From: Squalus acanthias
Lineage: Eukaryota
Reading direction: 5' to 3'
Assembly (NCBI GenBank): GCA_030390025.1
Contig: CM059431.1
Coordinates: forward strand, 122,390,001 to 122,454,000
Length of the DNA: 64,000 nucleotides
A program made the translations under genes and the position numbers. Below the pieces are notes generated by a model that ran no database searches, was not told where the DNA came from, and was given only the letters and a program-made list of their open reading frames with translations. Positions 50,485-63,400 of the stretch are shown here, piece after piece. The stretch's first letter is position 1, and each line of letters begins with the position of its first letter.

Positions 50485-52050
50485 GGCCCAGAATTTGCGG
50501 TCAGTGGCGAAGCGAAAGCGTTTGCCGCTGGCCCCGAAGTAAGCTTCGCACAAAGATCTTGCGATTTCTGTGGCGAGAACTTTGGGTTTTCCGACATTCA
50601 ATTCAAATCAATGGAGTTTAGCGGGGATCCCCTTGTGCGAGCTGCTGTGACGTCAACAAGCTGTCTAAGCAGCCAGTCAAAATGTATATTTCTCACAGAC
50701 AACGAACCAGGAAGTGAGTAAGCTCCTAAAATTCTAACTTTAAAAAAAAATCTTAGAGAGAGCAAAACAAAGATTGGGGCTCTCACAAGGGGAAAAGGCA
50801 AACCTGAAATTTCGGGTGAAAAATTGGGTATCGCCCATTTTGGGGCGCTAATATTGGCCAGGCGCAATGTTTAGCGCCCAACGCTAATTTTCACCTCAGA
50901 CTGCAAAATTTGCCTCTATGGCCCCTGGAGGTGATTTGTGCGCTAAATCAGGCGCTACACACCTCTCTTAAGGCACACACATCGGGGAGCGAGGCGCTAC
51001 CTCAGAATGCAACCGAAGCTCAGGCGATGTCAGTTACCATGGAAGCCAGACAGACTGGCGCCATCCAGTTCTTAAAGGGGAGGGGCCATCTTGCTGGCCA
51101 GCCACACTCTACTCATTGCAGCCTTGAATCTCGGCCTGGAGAGACCTCTAAATTAATTGTGTTGGAAGCACTAATGGATAGGCTCAGGGAAAGAGCTCAG
51201 AGCTTAGGAATCTCAAAAGTGGTGCTGAGGGCCAAAACTCCTTAGGACAGCGTTAAATCTTTCCAGACGTCTCTCTCCCTCCCAACCTGCGTATACCAAA
51301 AATGTTGCCGACAAGAAAAGACAGGAAGCGCCCGCCTTTAAATATTGCCCCCCCAGCCCCTTCCCGACTTGAAAACGTTCCCCTCTACCTGTCGTTCCTA
51401 GCGGCAGACGCTAAGGCAGGGGGCGTGACTCAATATCCGGTCCGGGACGTTGCACGCTCGACTGACGTCATAATCTATGGGCGCAGGAGATCGTGACAGT
51501 AGTGTTTAGCGCCGCCGCAAAACAACAGGTCAATTTCGCAAGCGGTGCTAAAATTGCCGCGCTTGGGCGCTAAGTTCCTAGCGCCCGCCGGAGACGCTAA
51601 CAGGAGGTGCTAACCAACCGAACTTTTCCCCCGAAAAGTCTCCTAAAAGTTTCAATTTTTATTCAAATGGAAACATTTCACACTGCACAAAATGAAAATT
51701 AGTTTGTCAGATCCATAACCTTTGTTCGGCAGTCAATCCGTTGTTAGAACCCCAGTTACACCTAATCCCTCTGGGTCTAACTTTTAGTGGGGAATTTAAC
51801 AGCGTGATTACTGCGGAAGAGCCAAGATTTTCGTCAGTTTCTCTGATTTGAGTGATTACACTGATTGCCGGCTCGGTGTGAGGTGGGGCAGCGGCGGGCA
51901 CTGCGCAGCCTGCGTCATAGCTGTGAATGACAGACCGCAACTTCAGGCTTTCCACATGCGCCTGCAGTCCCGAAGTTACGGTCAGTTTCAAAGGTGGAAT
52001 GATGGCGAACACTGTCAGTTCGCCATCATCCGGACTGCAGATTTCGGGCC
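50485..52050. mobile_element. Cluster of nested Harbinger MITEs (inner MITE 50814-51632)
   Basis: Outer start ggcccagaattt, end gatttcgggcc. Inner ends gggtgaaaaatt / aacttttccccc, with dense GCGCTAA motifs. Confidence 0.7.
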
Positions 52051-52409
52051 AGCGTATTTGTGTTACTTAGAAAGGGTAGATTTTCCTGAGGAGCATTAGT
52101 GCTGGGGGAACACAGGTGAAATGCAATTTTGATGCATTTCGCCTAGAACCATTCAATAGCACTTTAATTTTGTGTGTCCCCTCGCCCCCCCGCCCCCCCA
52201 TCATGTGTATGGAGGATGTGTTGTAGTCGGGCAAACTGGGCCTTCCCATTTAGTGCTGCCTGTAGACATGCAGGAAATGAAAGGGCAGTGTCAGGCCTTT
52301 TAGGCCTGCTCTGAGGTTGATTGCTTGAGTGCATTTTGAAGCTTTGGAGAATTCTTTGTTTTTAGATGACTGCGATGGGTTTTTATCTGTGCCAGCTAAA
52401 GTATTTTTA

Positions 52410-52640
52410 CCTGATGCCACGAATTACCTCCATATCAGATCCACCTCCTAGATTTAATTTTGCCAGCTGTTGAGAGAAGGGACATTCTATATCCATTGTC
52501 AGGGAGGAAGGTAAATAAAAACAGGACAGGAATACTTGGCAGGAGGTAGCCAAGGCCATCAACATGGCAACAACCATACAAAGAACATGGCATCAGTGCC
52601 ATAAAAAGTTCAACAATCTGATCAGATTGCTCAATGTTGG
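52410..52640 (+). pseudogene. Old Harbinger Myb/SANT exon remnant
   Basis: AVERRDILYPLSGRK...TWQEVAKAINMATTIQRTWHQCHKKFNNLIR, with a frameshift. Confidence 0.8.
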
Positions 52641-52675
52641 AGTGCCACACAGATCACCCAAAGGGTCTTAGGAGT

Positions 52676-53424
52676 TGTAAGGCTTTTTATTAAAGAGCTA
52701 CAGTTTAAGCATAACTCAGATATCACTACATGCGATTGAAATAGATAGAGTGACATACAACCCGTGACAGGTGAGGGCGATCTACGGCCCTGGAACGGAA
52801 CGAAACAACCGGACGGACGGTGAGGCAGTACAGTGGTCTCGGATTGGGTGGATTCCTGCAGTCTGTGGCAGCGGTCACTTCTGTTGGGTCATCCCTCGAG
52901 CTGTTGGGTCATCCCTCGAGCTGTTGGAGGTGTTAGACTGTCAGCCACCTCAGAGGCTAAACTTGACCAAGGTGTGAGGCTGTAGTCACCTCGGGGCAGC
53001 CTTTGCCCCTAAATGTCTGATTTCCTCTCTCGGCCGTCTATATTTATAGTTATTTCGGTGGGCTGGTGATTACCTGGTGTCAATCATTTTTCCCCATCCT
53101 ATTGTCCAATTACAAGGGAGAGGCTACCAATGACAGCCCCCTCTCAGCCTCATGAGGTCATTTTTCTCCTTATCTCTGTTCTATAGGTCTTGTTGCCCTC
53201 TTGTAGTCAGCTTGTTTATCCTACAGCTCCTTGCTGCATCCCTTATCAGGCCTAGTTATGCCCACTCGAAGGCCTGTTTTTGTGTTCTGACCTCGTAATT
53301 CAGCTCTCTGTACAGCTATTTTTCTGACATGACTGGAATCTTTCTGTGTCATCAATTTAGGCAAACTGCTGATCTAGGGAACCCGTAACAGATTATTATT
53401 TCTTTCAATCCACGATTTCTTACA
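52676..53424 (-). mobile_element. 749-bp solo LTR
   Basis: TGTAAG...CTTACA terminal inverted repeat; minus-strand TATAAATA (~53041-53048) and AATAAA (~52686-52691). TSD not clean (gagt / gttg). Confidence 0.7.
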
Positions 53425-53621
53425 GTTGATCTACAGCTGATGGCTCTATGCAGATTCAGGCATTGGCCAGTTCTGAACCAAGCGCCTTCGTAGACACAGG
53501 AATGTCATTTTGAAAACTTAAACAATCACAAACTCCCCGTCCTCCAATAGGATTCACTGAGAAAAGCTTGCAGCACTGCCGCAGAATGCCCACAACTCAT
53601 CAGTGATCGTACCAGACAGCA

Positions 53622-54225
53622 TTAACAACGACACCAATAATTTACTTTTATATAGCACCTTCAATGTAGAAAAATATTCCAAGATGCTTCACAGCGAGGT
53701 AAGGGGTGACCAAAAGCTTGGTCAAAGCGGTCGGTTTTACTAAGCAGGAGGTGTAGAGGCAGAGGGGTAATGAGAGGGAATTCTAGAAAGTGGGACCTAG
53801 GTAGCCGAAGTCAGAGCCACCAGTGATGGAACGAAGAGAAGGAGGGATGTACAAGATCCTGGAGTCAGAGGAACAGAAGGTTTGGTGGGGGAGGATGTAC
53901 AAGATCCTGGAGTCAGAGGAACAGAAGGTTTGGTGGGGGAGGATGTACAAGATCCTGGAGTCAGAGGAACAGAAGGTTTGGTGGGGGAGGATGTCACAGG
54001 GATAGATTGGATCCCCTCCTAGAATTACTTCTGCAAGAGGACAGCGAGGACGGGGTTGATAGGTGAGCGGGACTTGGTGTAAGATAGGAACTGGTTAGCA
54101 GAATTTTGAATGAGCTGAATTGTATGGAGGATGGAAGATGGGAGGCCGGCCAGCAGACCATTGGCGTGATCAAGTCTGGAGGTGCCAAAGGCATGCATCG
54201 GAGTTTGAGCCAAAGATGACGTAGG
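53622..54225 (-). mobile_element. L2 LINE 3' fragment
   Basis: HAFGTSRLDHANGLLAGLP..IQLIQNSA (L2 ORF2 C-terminal motif) and L2 3' tail. Confidence 0.85.
53845..53994. repeat. Perfect 48-bp tandem repeat x3
   Basis: ggatgtacaagatcctggagtcagaggaacagaaggtttggtggggga at 53845, 53893 and 53941, followed by ggatgt. Confidence 0.98.
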
Positions 54226-54769
54226 AATGGAAAATGGTAGCCTCTATATGCAATGAAACAGGTTCAGCTATGTCCTCCAAGTCTTTTAGATGTGGTTACA
54301 AGGATATGGCAGAAGATAACACCTCCTTCTGTGATGTTGTCTCGCCTCCCTGGCATCTAACATCATTTCATGTTCTTCTTATTCCTCCTCCCTCAGATAG
54401 CATAGATAAAGAGGGAGAAGGAAAAACACACCTGTTCAGTCTAGTATGATGGTTAGAATTGACGATGGAAAGGTCACTCGGCCTCCTTAAAATACACCAA
54501 GAGTATTTCCAATGCAGCTTCTTTTTAAATGTTACACAACTGAAGTGGCTTTGCTTATTGATAGTGTTCAAAGCAGTAACTTGCCCAGCTCAGAGCACTC
54601 AAGTTATATAGGGAAAATTAGCTTCTAAATTGAACCTGCAGCCAATAATGGAGTGATTATTTGTACGAATATGGGGGCAGAGCCTAAACACCACTCCGCC
54701 CCCACCAGAGCAGCTCATGCGCACCAGAGGCGCCTGCGAGTCACCTCAACCTCGTTTCCTCAGAAAGTC

Positions 54770-55230
54770 AGGAGATCAGGGTGGGGTGGGTTGGGGTGGG
54801 AGAGGACAGGAGATCGGAGGTGGGGTGGGTTGGGGTGGGAGAGGACAGGAGATCGGAGGTGTGAAGAGAGGAGCTCAGCAGGAGAGAAGAGGAGCTCGGT
54901 GTGGGGGAGAAGAGCTTGGGGGCAGAGAAGAGGGGCTCTGGGGGAGAGAAGAGGAGCTTGGGGGAGAGAAGAGGAGCTTGGAAGGGCGGGGAGAGGAGAG
55001 GAGCACGAGGGGAGACAAGGTCAGGGACTCGGTGGTGGGGGGGAAGAGAAGGTTAGGAGCTCAGCGGAAGAGAAGATCAGGAGCTCGGTGAGAGAAGGTC
55101 AGGAACTCGGGTGGGGGAAGAAGGTCAGGAACTCGGTGGGGGGAGGGGTGGTGGGAGAGCACGGAGAGAACAGTGAGTATGGGGGAAGAACGTGATCCAG
55201 GTCTAAAGGGAGGGGAGGATGAGAGCGAGA
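54770..55230 (+). repeat. Purine/G-rich minisatellite-like tract including a 39-bp duplication
   Basis: 54781-54858 is two copies of gtggggtgggttggggtgggagaggacaggagatcggag; recurrent aggagctcgg motif follows. Confidence 0.85.
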
Positions 55231-56049
55231 ACATGATCCAGATGGGAAGACAAATTACGTTCTCCCCCCTCTTTTAGACATGAATCACATTCTTCCAACC
55301 TCCCCCCCACCCCCATTACACCCACACCACATTCTCCCTCTCCTCCTCCTAGACCTGGATCACGTTCTTGACCATGAACGGCATTGAGTTGATTTCTCGG
55401 ATAGCCCGGCGCATATGCGGCAAGTGACTTCATTGGACTGGACGAAATCCGGAAGTTATGACACTGTCACTATTCACTTCATGCCCAATAAAGCTGTTAA
55501 CAATCTGTGACCCATACGCAATGCCCCATCAGTCACCGCTGCTCTCACCCAGAGTGTTTCATTTCACGGAGTGATTAGCGACAGTGTGAGTACTTCTGTT
55601 TTTTGGTTGACCCGTGATGTCATCCTGTGCATGAGCCGGGCCACTCGATGATGTCCATTGTTAACTTTAATGGAAGAGCTTCAGAAATCCCAGAATCACA
55701 TAAGCACCACTTACACTGTTTGGTAGGGTTTCTGCAGCTCTTCCGCTGGACTGGCATTAGATTGCAAATCAACCCCTTTAAAATTACATTTAAAATCTGC
55801 TTAATTTTATATATTACATATACACAGACATCTTTTATTTATACCAGTTACTGATACAAAAGTCTATAGATTTGTGACTAAAGCACCAATAACTTCCCAA
55901 TTAATGTACTTTTAAAATTATGTTCTTGATCGTATTTGTCGATGGCGTCACATTACTTAATGATATATTATTTAAATATTTCTTTGTCGCTGATGTATAA
56001 CTTCTGTTATATTATTGTAGAATAAAGATTCAACACCCACTATTTTAGA

Positions 56050-56286
56050 TTAAACTTAAAATCTAATGTGGTCAGGGTCCCTTTAAAGATCCCGGCTGAA
56101 AAAGCATCATGAATGGCGTCACCAGACCCGCTCCATCTAATTGGACCGGGTAACGCGCTGGGCGGGCTTAATAGGCCCCATTAAGCTAAGTCCATCTTCA
56201 GCAGCGGGATGGAGCAAGCAGCGGGGTCATGACCCGCCATGGTCACCGCCCGCACCGGACCCGCCCAGGTAGGCAAAATTCCGGCC
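56050..56286 (-). mobile_element. Terminal fragment (copy 4) of the 721-2458 Harbinger family
   Basis: Close match to 27510-27737, ending aaaattccggcc. Confidence 0.9.
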
Positions 56287-59169
56287 TTTGAATTACTCTC
56301 TGGCAGGCAGGATCAAATTACACATTCCAGACAAACTGTTGGTGTGTCTTGCTCTCCAAGCAGACCAATCAGAAATCTGGTGGAAACCCACTTGTGTTGC
56401 AAATAAATGCAGCCAACAAATAAAGGAAAATGGGGAACAGGCCATTATGATGTCATCTGGGCCTCATTAACATGACTTAAATAGGAACATTCCACTCTCC
56501 CCCACCCCTCCCCACCACCACCACCCGCAAGGCATAAAAAAATGCAGGTGCTAAATCTGGGAACAAGAAAAATGCAGGCAGCAGTATTGCAGTGTTAAAT
56601 GGACAATGTGAGAAAGTGTCCTATTTTACTCTCCATTGCATCCAATACAAAAGCACGACTTGGGTGCTAAACTCGGGAAATCCGCGTTGTAGGATTTTAT
56701 GATCAAATTGATACCATAGTGTTATCGAATATTAAACTACTGCAATTCTGAAATTGAACATTTGTACTGAAATTTGGAGAATTAAAAAAAACACATATAA
56801 GTCTAGAAATTACTGTTGCCGATTTTGGCAGGCAAACATGATGTGATCTTATGACACTTTTCTGTCCGCTATTTTAATGGTGACATTAACATGTTGTAAA
56901 TAAATGGGCTAACGCTTCTCTTAAAATAGTATTTGTCTACTAATATCACTGACAGTAATCTCGAGCCTATAATTTAAACAACATTTCAAATTGTTTCCAA
57001 GAAAATTAAATTAATTCCAGATGAGGATAAGGCAAAATAATATCTATGATTAATATTTGAAAAAAATATGAAATAGAAAAGATACAGAATCCTCAATTGA
57101 TCACACAAAAACTGTGCCCTACCAAATATAGTAAAATCAATTGACTTTCAAACAATAGAGGGAAGGAAACATGCTACAAATACTGGTATTGTTCAACTCA
57201 CTCTGGGAAACTGTTCAGTCTTTTTTGTGCCTGTGTAGCAGAAAGTTAATTTTAATACTGTACATATAATGATACTTGACTCACGGGTAGCAACACCTTA
57301 CCCCTTACTGAAACCTCCTCACCTGGTTATACTTCCAAACTACCATGGTGGTGGTGAGGCCCTTATCACCAAATCACACCTTGGTCTCTACTCCAAATTG
57401 TATGACACTTTCTCCTCTTTCGAGCATCTCACCTTTTTCCACCCTCACTTCTTCTTTAAAATCTTCATTTTCTACCATCCCCCAAGCCCAATTCTGAGTT
57501 TCTATCTGAGGTATCCTACATCCTTTCCTTTCTCAGCATCTTCTCTAAATGATTCATCATCCTCAGTAATTTCAGTCTCCATCTCAACTCAGCTTTCACT
57601 CTCTCCTCTGATTTCACTGCATTCCTGTCCACCTTAAGCTACCATATAAAGTCTTCTACCCGTATTCATGGCCACCTTAACTTCTGCCATCTCCCATCGC
57701 CTTGCTACTCCCATATTCTCGATTATAGACAAGGTCATCTCTGACCACTTCCTTATATTCCTCAGCACCCACATCCCTGTAACCCTTCTAATCCCACTTC
57801 TTTTGCATCGACCCCTGGAAAAAACATATCCTCCAATCACTTACAGTTGCACTTTCAAACTCCTAACTGCCTAGCCTTTGGACTTCCATTTGGCACGATA
57901 CTTCTACAAACGTCGATCTGCACAACCACTCTCTTACGTCATCTTTGATGCCCTTCTCTCCAGTAAAAGCTTCATCGTTTCCCATCTGGTCAATTCCCCT
58001 AGTGTGGCCCTTATATTACTTTCCTCAGGTCCAAGGAGCACAGACTTGAAGGTATCTGGTACACAACTGATTTAGCCAGATCTGGTTGGACACATCAAGC
58101 ACTTTCAAGCCTCACTCTCCTCTGCCAAAATGTGCCTCCCCTTCTTCATGTCCATCAAGCCACACCTCTCCCCACCCCCCCCCCCCCCCACCCCCAAGTC
58201 TCTCCCTTGCCCTAGTCCTGGTCCCAATTTTTTCCCTAGTTTCTCTCATATCCTTTCATGCCCCTCTGAGCTCATTTTGTCCATGAGACCCATCTCCTGC
58301 TTCCTTGACCCCATTTCCATCTAACTGCTGACCACCCAATTTTGATTCCTGGCCCACATTTTAGCTGCCATTTGAAATGGTTCCCACTCCTCAGTTACTA
58401 TTCCACGCCCTTTCAAAGCCATCAACATCACTCTTCAAAAATCGTACCCTAGATGCCACTGTCCTTACAAACCACTGCCACATCTTTAACTTCTCTTTCC
58501 TCTTCTTGATTTGTGTTGTTGCCTCCTATCTTACTCACCACTCTATGTTTGAATCTCTTCAATCAGGTTTTTACTCTGGCCACAGCACTGCAACGACCCT
58601 TATTAAAATCACAAATGATATCTTCTCTGTCTGTGACCATGGTGCACCATTTCTCCAGATGCTCCTTGACCCCTCTGCAGCCATTCATGAGGTCAATCAC
58701 AACTTGTTCCTCCACGCCTCCCCTCTGTTGTCAAGCTCAGTGGGACTGTCCTTTCTTGGTTCCACTATTACCTATCCAATCATAGGCAGAACATTTCCAA
58801 CAATGGCTCTCTTCCTGCTTCTGAACTGGGATCTCGGAAATCCCTTTGGATCTATCCCTGCCATCTTTCTTTTCCTCATCTGCATGCTGACTTCATCCAA
58901 AGACATGGGGTCAGCTTCTATCATGACAATACCAAGCGGTATCTCCCCATCACTTCTTTTGATCCCTGCAATGCGTCTGTGTTGTCAGAATACTTATCAA
59001 ACATCCAGTCTTGGATAAGCCATAATTTCTGCCAGTTAAACATTAGGAAGACCAAAGCCATCTTCTTCTGCTCTGGACACAAAGTCTGCACCCTTGCTAT
59101 TGGTTCTATCCTCCTCACTGGCCACTGTCTCAGGTTGAATCAGACTATTCACAACCTCCGCATCCTAGT

Positions 59170-59327
59170 TAACCTCCCAAACCCATGAAATTTACCACCT
59201 AGAAGGACAAGGGCAGCAGTTGCATGGGAACACCACCACCTTCTAAAGGACAATTCGGGATGGGCAATAAATGCTCTCCTTACTAGCGATGCCCATATCC
59301 AAAAATGAATAAATACAAACAAAAAAA
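59170..59327 (+). mobile_element. Short deleted 3' end of the Crack/L2B-like LINE
   Basis: ccacctagaaggacaagggcagcag...gggatgggcaataaatgct plus A-tail, as at 12757-13043. Confidence 0.85.
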
Positions 59328-59733
59328 CCCTGGGATGAGTTTGCAACCCCTTATCCACTTTATTAGAAAGACTTCCACTCCGTAACATCACCTGCCTACG
59401 CCTCTGCCTCATCCTTTCTGCTGCTGAAAGTCTTCTGCCTTTGTCACGGCCAAACTTGACTATTGCACTGCTTTCCTGACCAGCCTCCGATATTCCACGC
59501 TCTGAAAGCTTCAGCTCATCCAAAGCTCTTCTGCCCATATCCTAACTCGCAACAAATCACGTTCACCCATCACACCTGTCCTTGCTGACCTACATCGATT
59601 TTCAGTCACCCAACACATTAAAGTTAATTTTCATCCTCATGTTGAAAACTCTTTATGACCTTGCCCCTCCCTATCTCCGTAACCTCCACTAACCCCACAA
59701 CCGCCCTAATAACACTCCATTCTTCTGACTCTA

Positions 59734-60465
59734 GGGGGGAGAAATTCATTATAGCCCCGTTTGGGGCGCTAAATTTTAAAAGTTTGGAAAATTAGTGCCA
59801 GGCGCTAATGATTCTAAACTTTTAAAAAATTCGGTTTTGCACTCCAGGAAGGAAGTGGAGCGTTAAATCAATCGCTCCACTTCCTTCTTGGAGCGCAATC
59901 GGCAGCAGGCAGGCTGGAGACTTCAGCAACGCTGCACACTGGGCCGTGCAGCGCTGCCGCGTTCAAAGGCTCCTTCCCTCCCTTAAAGGGAAGGGCCATC
60001 GCTGCAGGCTCTGCAATAGAAAAATTACCTACCTGGACCACCAAGGCAGCCATGATCCCGCATGATCAGCCCGGCACTCAAGCAGGAACCTGCGAGAAAA
60101 AGCGGACCAAGAAAGGTAAGCTTTTTTTTACTTACCTCGGCCCCTCACCTTTAATCATTGCCCCTGAAGCGGCCGGCCGCCCGATGCTCACCTCCTGCAG
60201 CTGTCGGTGTTTTCAACCGGCGCTACTGCAGGGAGCGGAAGTCAATTTCGGGTCCGGGGCACTACCAGGGTGATGCACACGGCGATGACGTCATGATCTC
60301 CGGGCGAAGGAGATTGGGGCGCAACACCATAGCGTCGCTGCAAAACTCCCACCGAATATGACGGGAATTGATGTCAGCGCCGTGCCTGGTCGTAAAGCCA
60401 TTTGTGCCCCATTAGCGCTCCCGGGGGCAATAACAGGAGGCGCAAAGGCACCCAATTTCACCCCC
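59734..60465. mobile_element. Harbinger MITE inserted in L2
   Basis: Ends ggggagaaatt / aatttcaccccc; collinear with 43834-44577. Confidence 0.85.
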
Positions 60466-61231
60466 AAGGCTCTGTGCATCCCTGGCATCACCCCACCATT
60501 GCGCATAGAATGAAAGTAGCTTCGGCCATCTAGGCCCCACGTTCTGAAATACCCTCCCTAAACCCCTCCATCTTACCATCCACTCTCCGCTTTTAAGATC
60601 TTCCTCAAAATTCACAGCTTTGACCAAGCTTTTAGTCATGCTTTCTTATATCTCCCTTTGGCTCAGCACCCATTTTTATCTAATTACACCTCTGTGTAAC
60701 ACTTTGAAATGTTTTTCTATGTTAAAGGCACTATTTAAATGCAAATTATTGTTGTTGTACAATGATTATCAGACTCTTGAAACAAGCATAGAGACTTGTT
60801 GGACACCTGTCAGCAAACACTCATAAGTTTTGATGACAGCAAATGTGATGTATCGCATTAAGGAAACAGGTTTATTAAATGTTTTCACAAAATCTTAGCC
60901 TACCACCCCAGAATTATCAGCTGAAACTTTGTCTAGTTCAATATGAAGTTGGCCTTTATGTTCTTCCAACTCATTCTAGCCGTGTTCACAGACAGCTTTG
61001 CAAGTATCAAAATTATGAACAGATTTGTACTGTGTACTTGGTGTTCTGACTTTGGGCTTCACCCGATATTTCTTTTGAGTTCAGCATCAAGCACCACTTC
61101 GTAAGTGAGGCCTTATGTGTTACAAACTGATGTGACCTTTTTTGCACAATTGTCCAGGGGTCAAACATTTAACTGGAACATGCTTACTAGAATTTACACA
61201 GCCCCTCATTTTCTCCTTGCCTTGAGATAGT

Positions 61232-61548
61232 GGGCAACACGGTGGCATAGTGGTTAGCACTGTTGCCTCACAGCGCCAGGGACCCGGGTTTGAATCCGGC
61301 CTCGGGTGACTGTCTGTGTGGAGTTTGCACATTCTCCCCGTGTCTGCGTGGGTTTCCTCCGGGTGCTCCGGTTTCCTCCCACAGTCCAAAGATGTGCGGG
61401 TTAGGTTGATTTGGCTATGATAAATTGACCCTTAGTGTTAGGGGGATTAAATACGTGGGGTTACGGGGATAGGGTGGGATATGTGTCGGTGCAGGCTCGA
61501 TGGGCCGAAATGGCCTCTATCTGCACTGTGGGGATTCTGTGATTCTGT
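61232..61548 (+). mobile_element. Full-length HE1-type shark V-SINE
   Basis: tRNA A/B boxes, V-domain, CR1-like tail (gattctgt)2; TSD gatagt (61226-61231, 61549-61554). Confidence 0.93.
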
Positions 61549-62454
61549 GATAGTGGAAGAATATAACACTCTACGAGACCATGCAGTTTAGACTATAAAC
61601 CATGAATCTGACTTATTGGAGGTAAAGATTAAACAGTCGGAGAAAAGCAATATAGCAGATGTCCCTTGATTGCACAACATTAAACTGACGTCTCCTCAAA
61701 TACAAAGATGATAAATGACACAACACTTTACTAGCTCGCCTAATAAAACTAAATCTGGATTAACTTCTGGAACAAAATTTATGCATGTCGCTTAGTGTAC
61801 TCCAATTACATCTTCTCCTATTACATCTTCATATGTGCACCTCTGCACGCATTATAGAACAGGAAGAACAGAGGATCTGCTGCAAGCCAGGGTGAACTAT
61901 ATTCCTGCCCCCTTTGATGTTCAAAATGGTACAAAAAGAATCAAAAAAGTAGCTTTCATAATTAAGACTGTCAATCGTCCATAGGATTTAAACCATGAAG
62001 ATAGCCTGCTAATTTGGATTATGCTCCCTGGTGAGCCAGAGTCTTAAATGATGGTTTGCATCCGTGCTATGATCAGAGCACTTAGATGATGATGTTTCTT
62101 CTCATTTGCTGATTAGTTCTCTAACTTGACCAATTTCAGAGCAAATCAAGCAAGTATGTATCCACAGAATGTGTAGGAGGGTAATATTCCAGACAGGGTT
62201 CAATGTGGATTGCTTTTTCAGACATCTGGGACTTTTGTGGGATTCCCTGCAGGTATCTGCAACATTCTTGTGCTGTTTTATTCAAGAAACCTTCACCAAA
62301 TTCTCGATGACCTGTGGAGATGTTTATGCTGAAGGCCAATTAGGGTGGAAGTATTTGACGGCTGCAAAATGGGCTTCCCAATGGAAATCTCACGTTATGC
62401 CACGTACATTTTAATGGAAAAGGAACAGCAGCAGGCTGGAAGCTAAACCAGATG

Positions 62455-63400
62455 AGTCAGCGAGCATCAGAGAAAATTCAGACGTTTCGGTGGTTACCCA
62501 TCTCGCAGGACGTACCGACTCAGGTGAACATTTCAAGAGCTTTCTCATGATTTGCATCTCAGGAGGCTGCACTTCAGCCATGAGGCCCGGGAAAAACTCT
62601 TGTTAGTTGCGGCACCAGATCGGCAAACAAAATCAGTAGCACGAACAGCTCTGATGGTGGTAGAGAAAATGACTACAGCTCTGAGCTTCTACATTACAGG
62701 CTCATCCAGGAAAACACAAAGGACTTTTGCCAGATTCACGTTTAATGCAAATCATCAATGTCCTTTTTGCCTAAGAAGCTCAGACCATATAATTCAAACG
62801 TGGTCCAGGAGGGACAATCATTTTTTTTACAGAATCACTGGATTCACCACGGTTGTGGGCCTTATTGCTCACACCCCTCTGGCATTGCCTGCCCTAAATG
62901 CAAATTCCCATATTTACATCGACCACAGATGCTTTCACCCCATAAATGTGCAGGTCATTGATGGCCTGCACTTGAATTCACAATATGATGGAAAGTGTCA
63001 TTAGGTTCTGATACTTTGTCAGTCCAGTGTTTCAACTCTATTTCAACAACAAGGAAAAGGAGCAGGTTGGCTGCTAGGTGACAAGAGATATCAGGTGCTC
63101 CCTTGTCTCATGATGTCACTGTATTGGACCACAAGTGTTGCAGAGAACTGTTGTAATGAAGACAAGAATTGGAATTGAGCAAGTCATCAGGATGTTTAAA
63201 GGAGGACCCCGCTACCTGGAAAGGTCTAGTGGTGGCATGCAGTATATGCCAAGCACTGTTCTTCAAATTGTGGTAGCATGTTGTGTGCTTTATAACTGTG
63301 CTACCCAGAAAGCACTGGTGATAGATGTCCTGGAGATGATGACACTGCCGATGCTGAAGACTGGGCCAATGAAGGACATAAATCAGGTGCAGTGGCTCAT
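62455..63400 (+). pseudogene. Old HARBI1-like Harbinger transposase remnant
   Basis: GYPSRRTYRLR, LRRLHFS, KMTTALSFYITGS, FHPINVQVI, GWLLGDKRY, TRIGIEQVIRMFKG, IVVACCVLYN; multiple frameshifts. Confidence 0.88.

Larger units (their letters stand above)
57290..60757 (+). mobile_element. Degraded L2 LINE (APE + RT + 3' tail) with nested inserts
   Basis: HGGGEALI (APE-like), ISDHFLI, LQSGFYSGHSTATTLIKITND, LLDPSAA, QLNIRKTKAIFF; tail aaatgcaaattattgttgttg. Confidence 0.85.

Noticed and set aside
53845..53994. CRISPR-like direct repeats
   Set aside because: Head-to-tail units with no spacers, inside a eukaryotic L2.
54653..55195. 180-aa G/R/E-rich ORF
   Set aside because: Artefact of a T-poor purine repeat; overlapping frames are open too.
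61232..61305. tRNA gene (also at 45208)
   Set aside because: A/B boxes run into the V-SINE core and LINE tail with a TSD; it is a SINE head.
62488..62512. Hammerhead-like string on minus (ctgcgagatgggtaaccaccgaaacgtc)
   Set aside because: The CUGANGA box is not intact, and the plus strand is the transposase motif RRFGGYPSRRTYRLR; coincidental.
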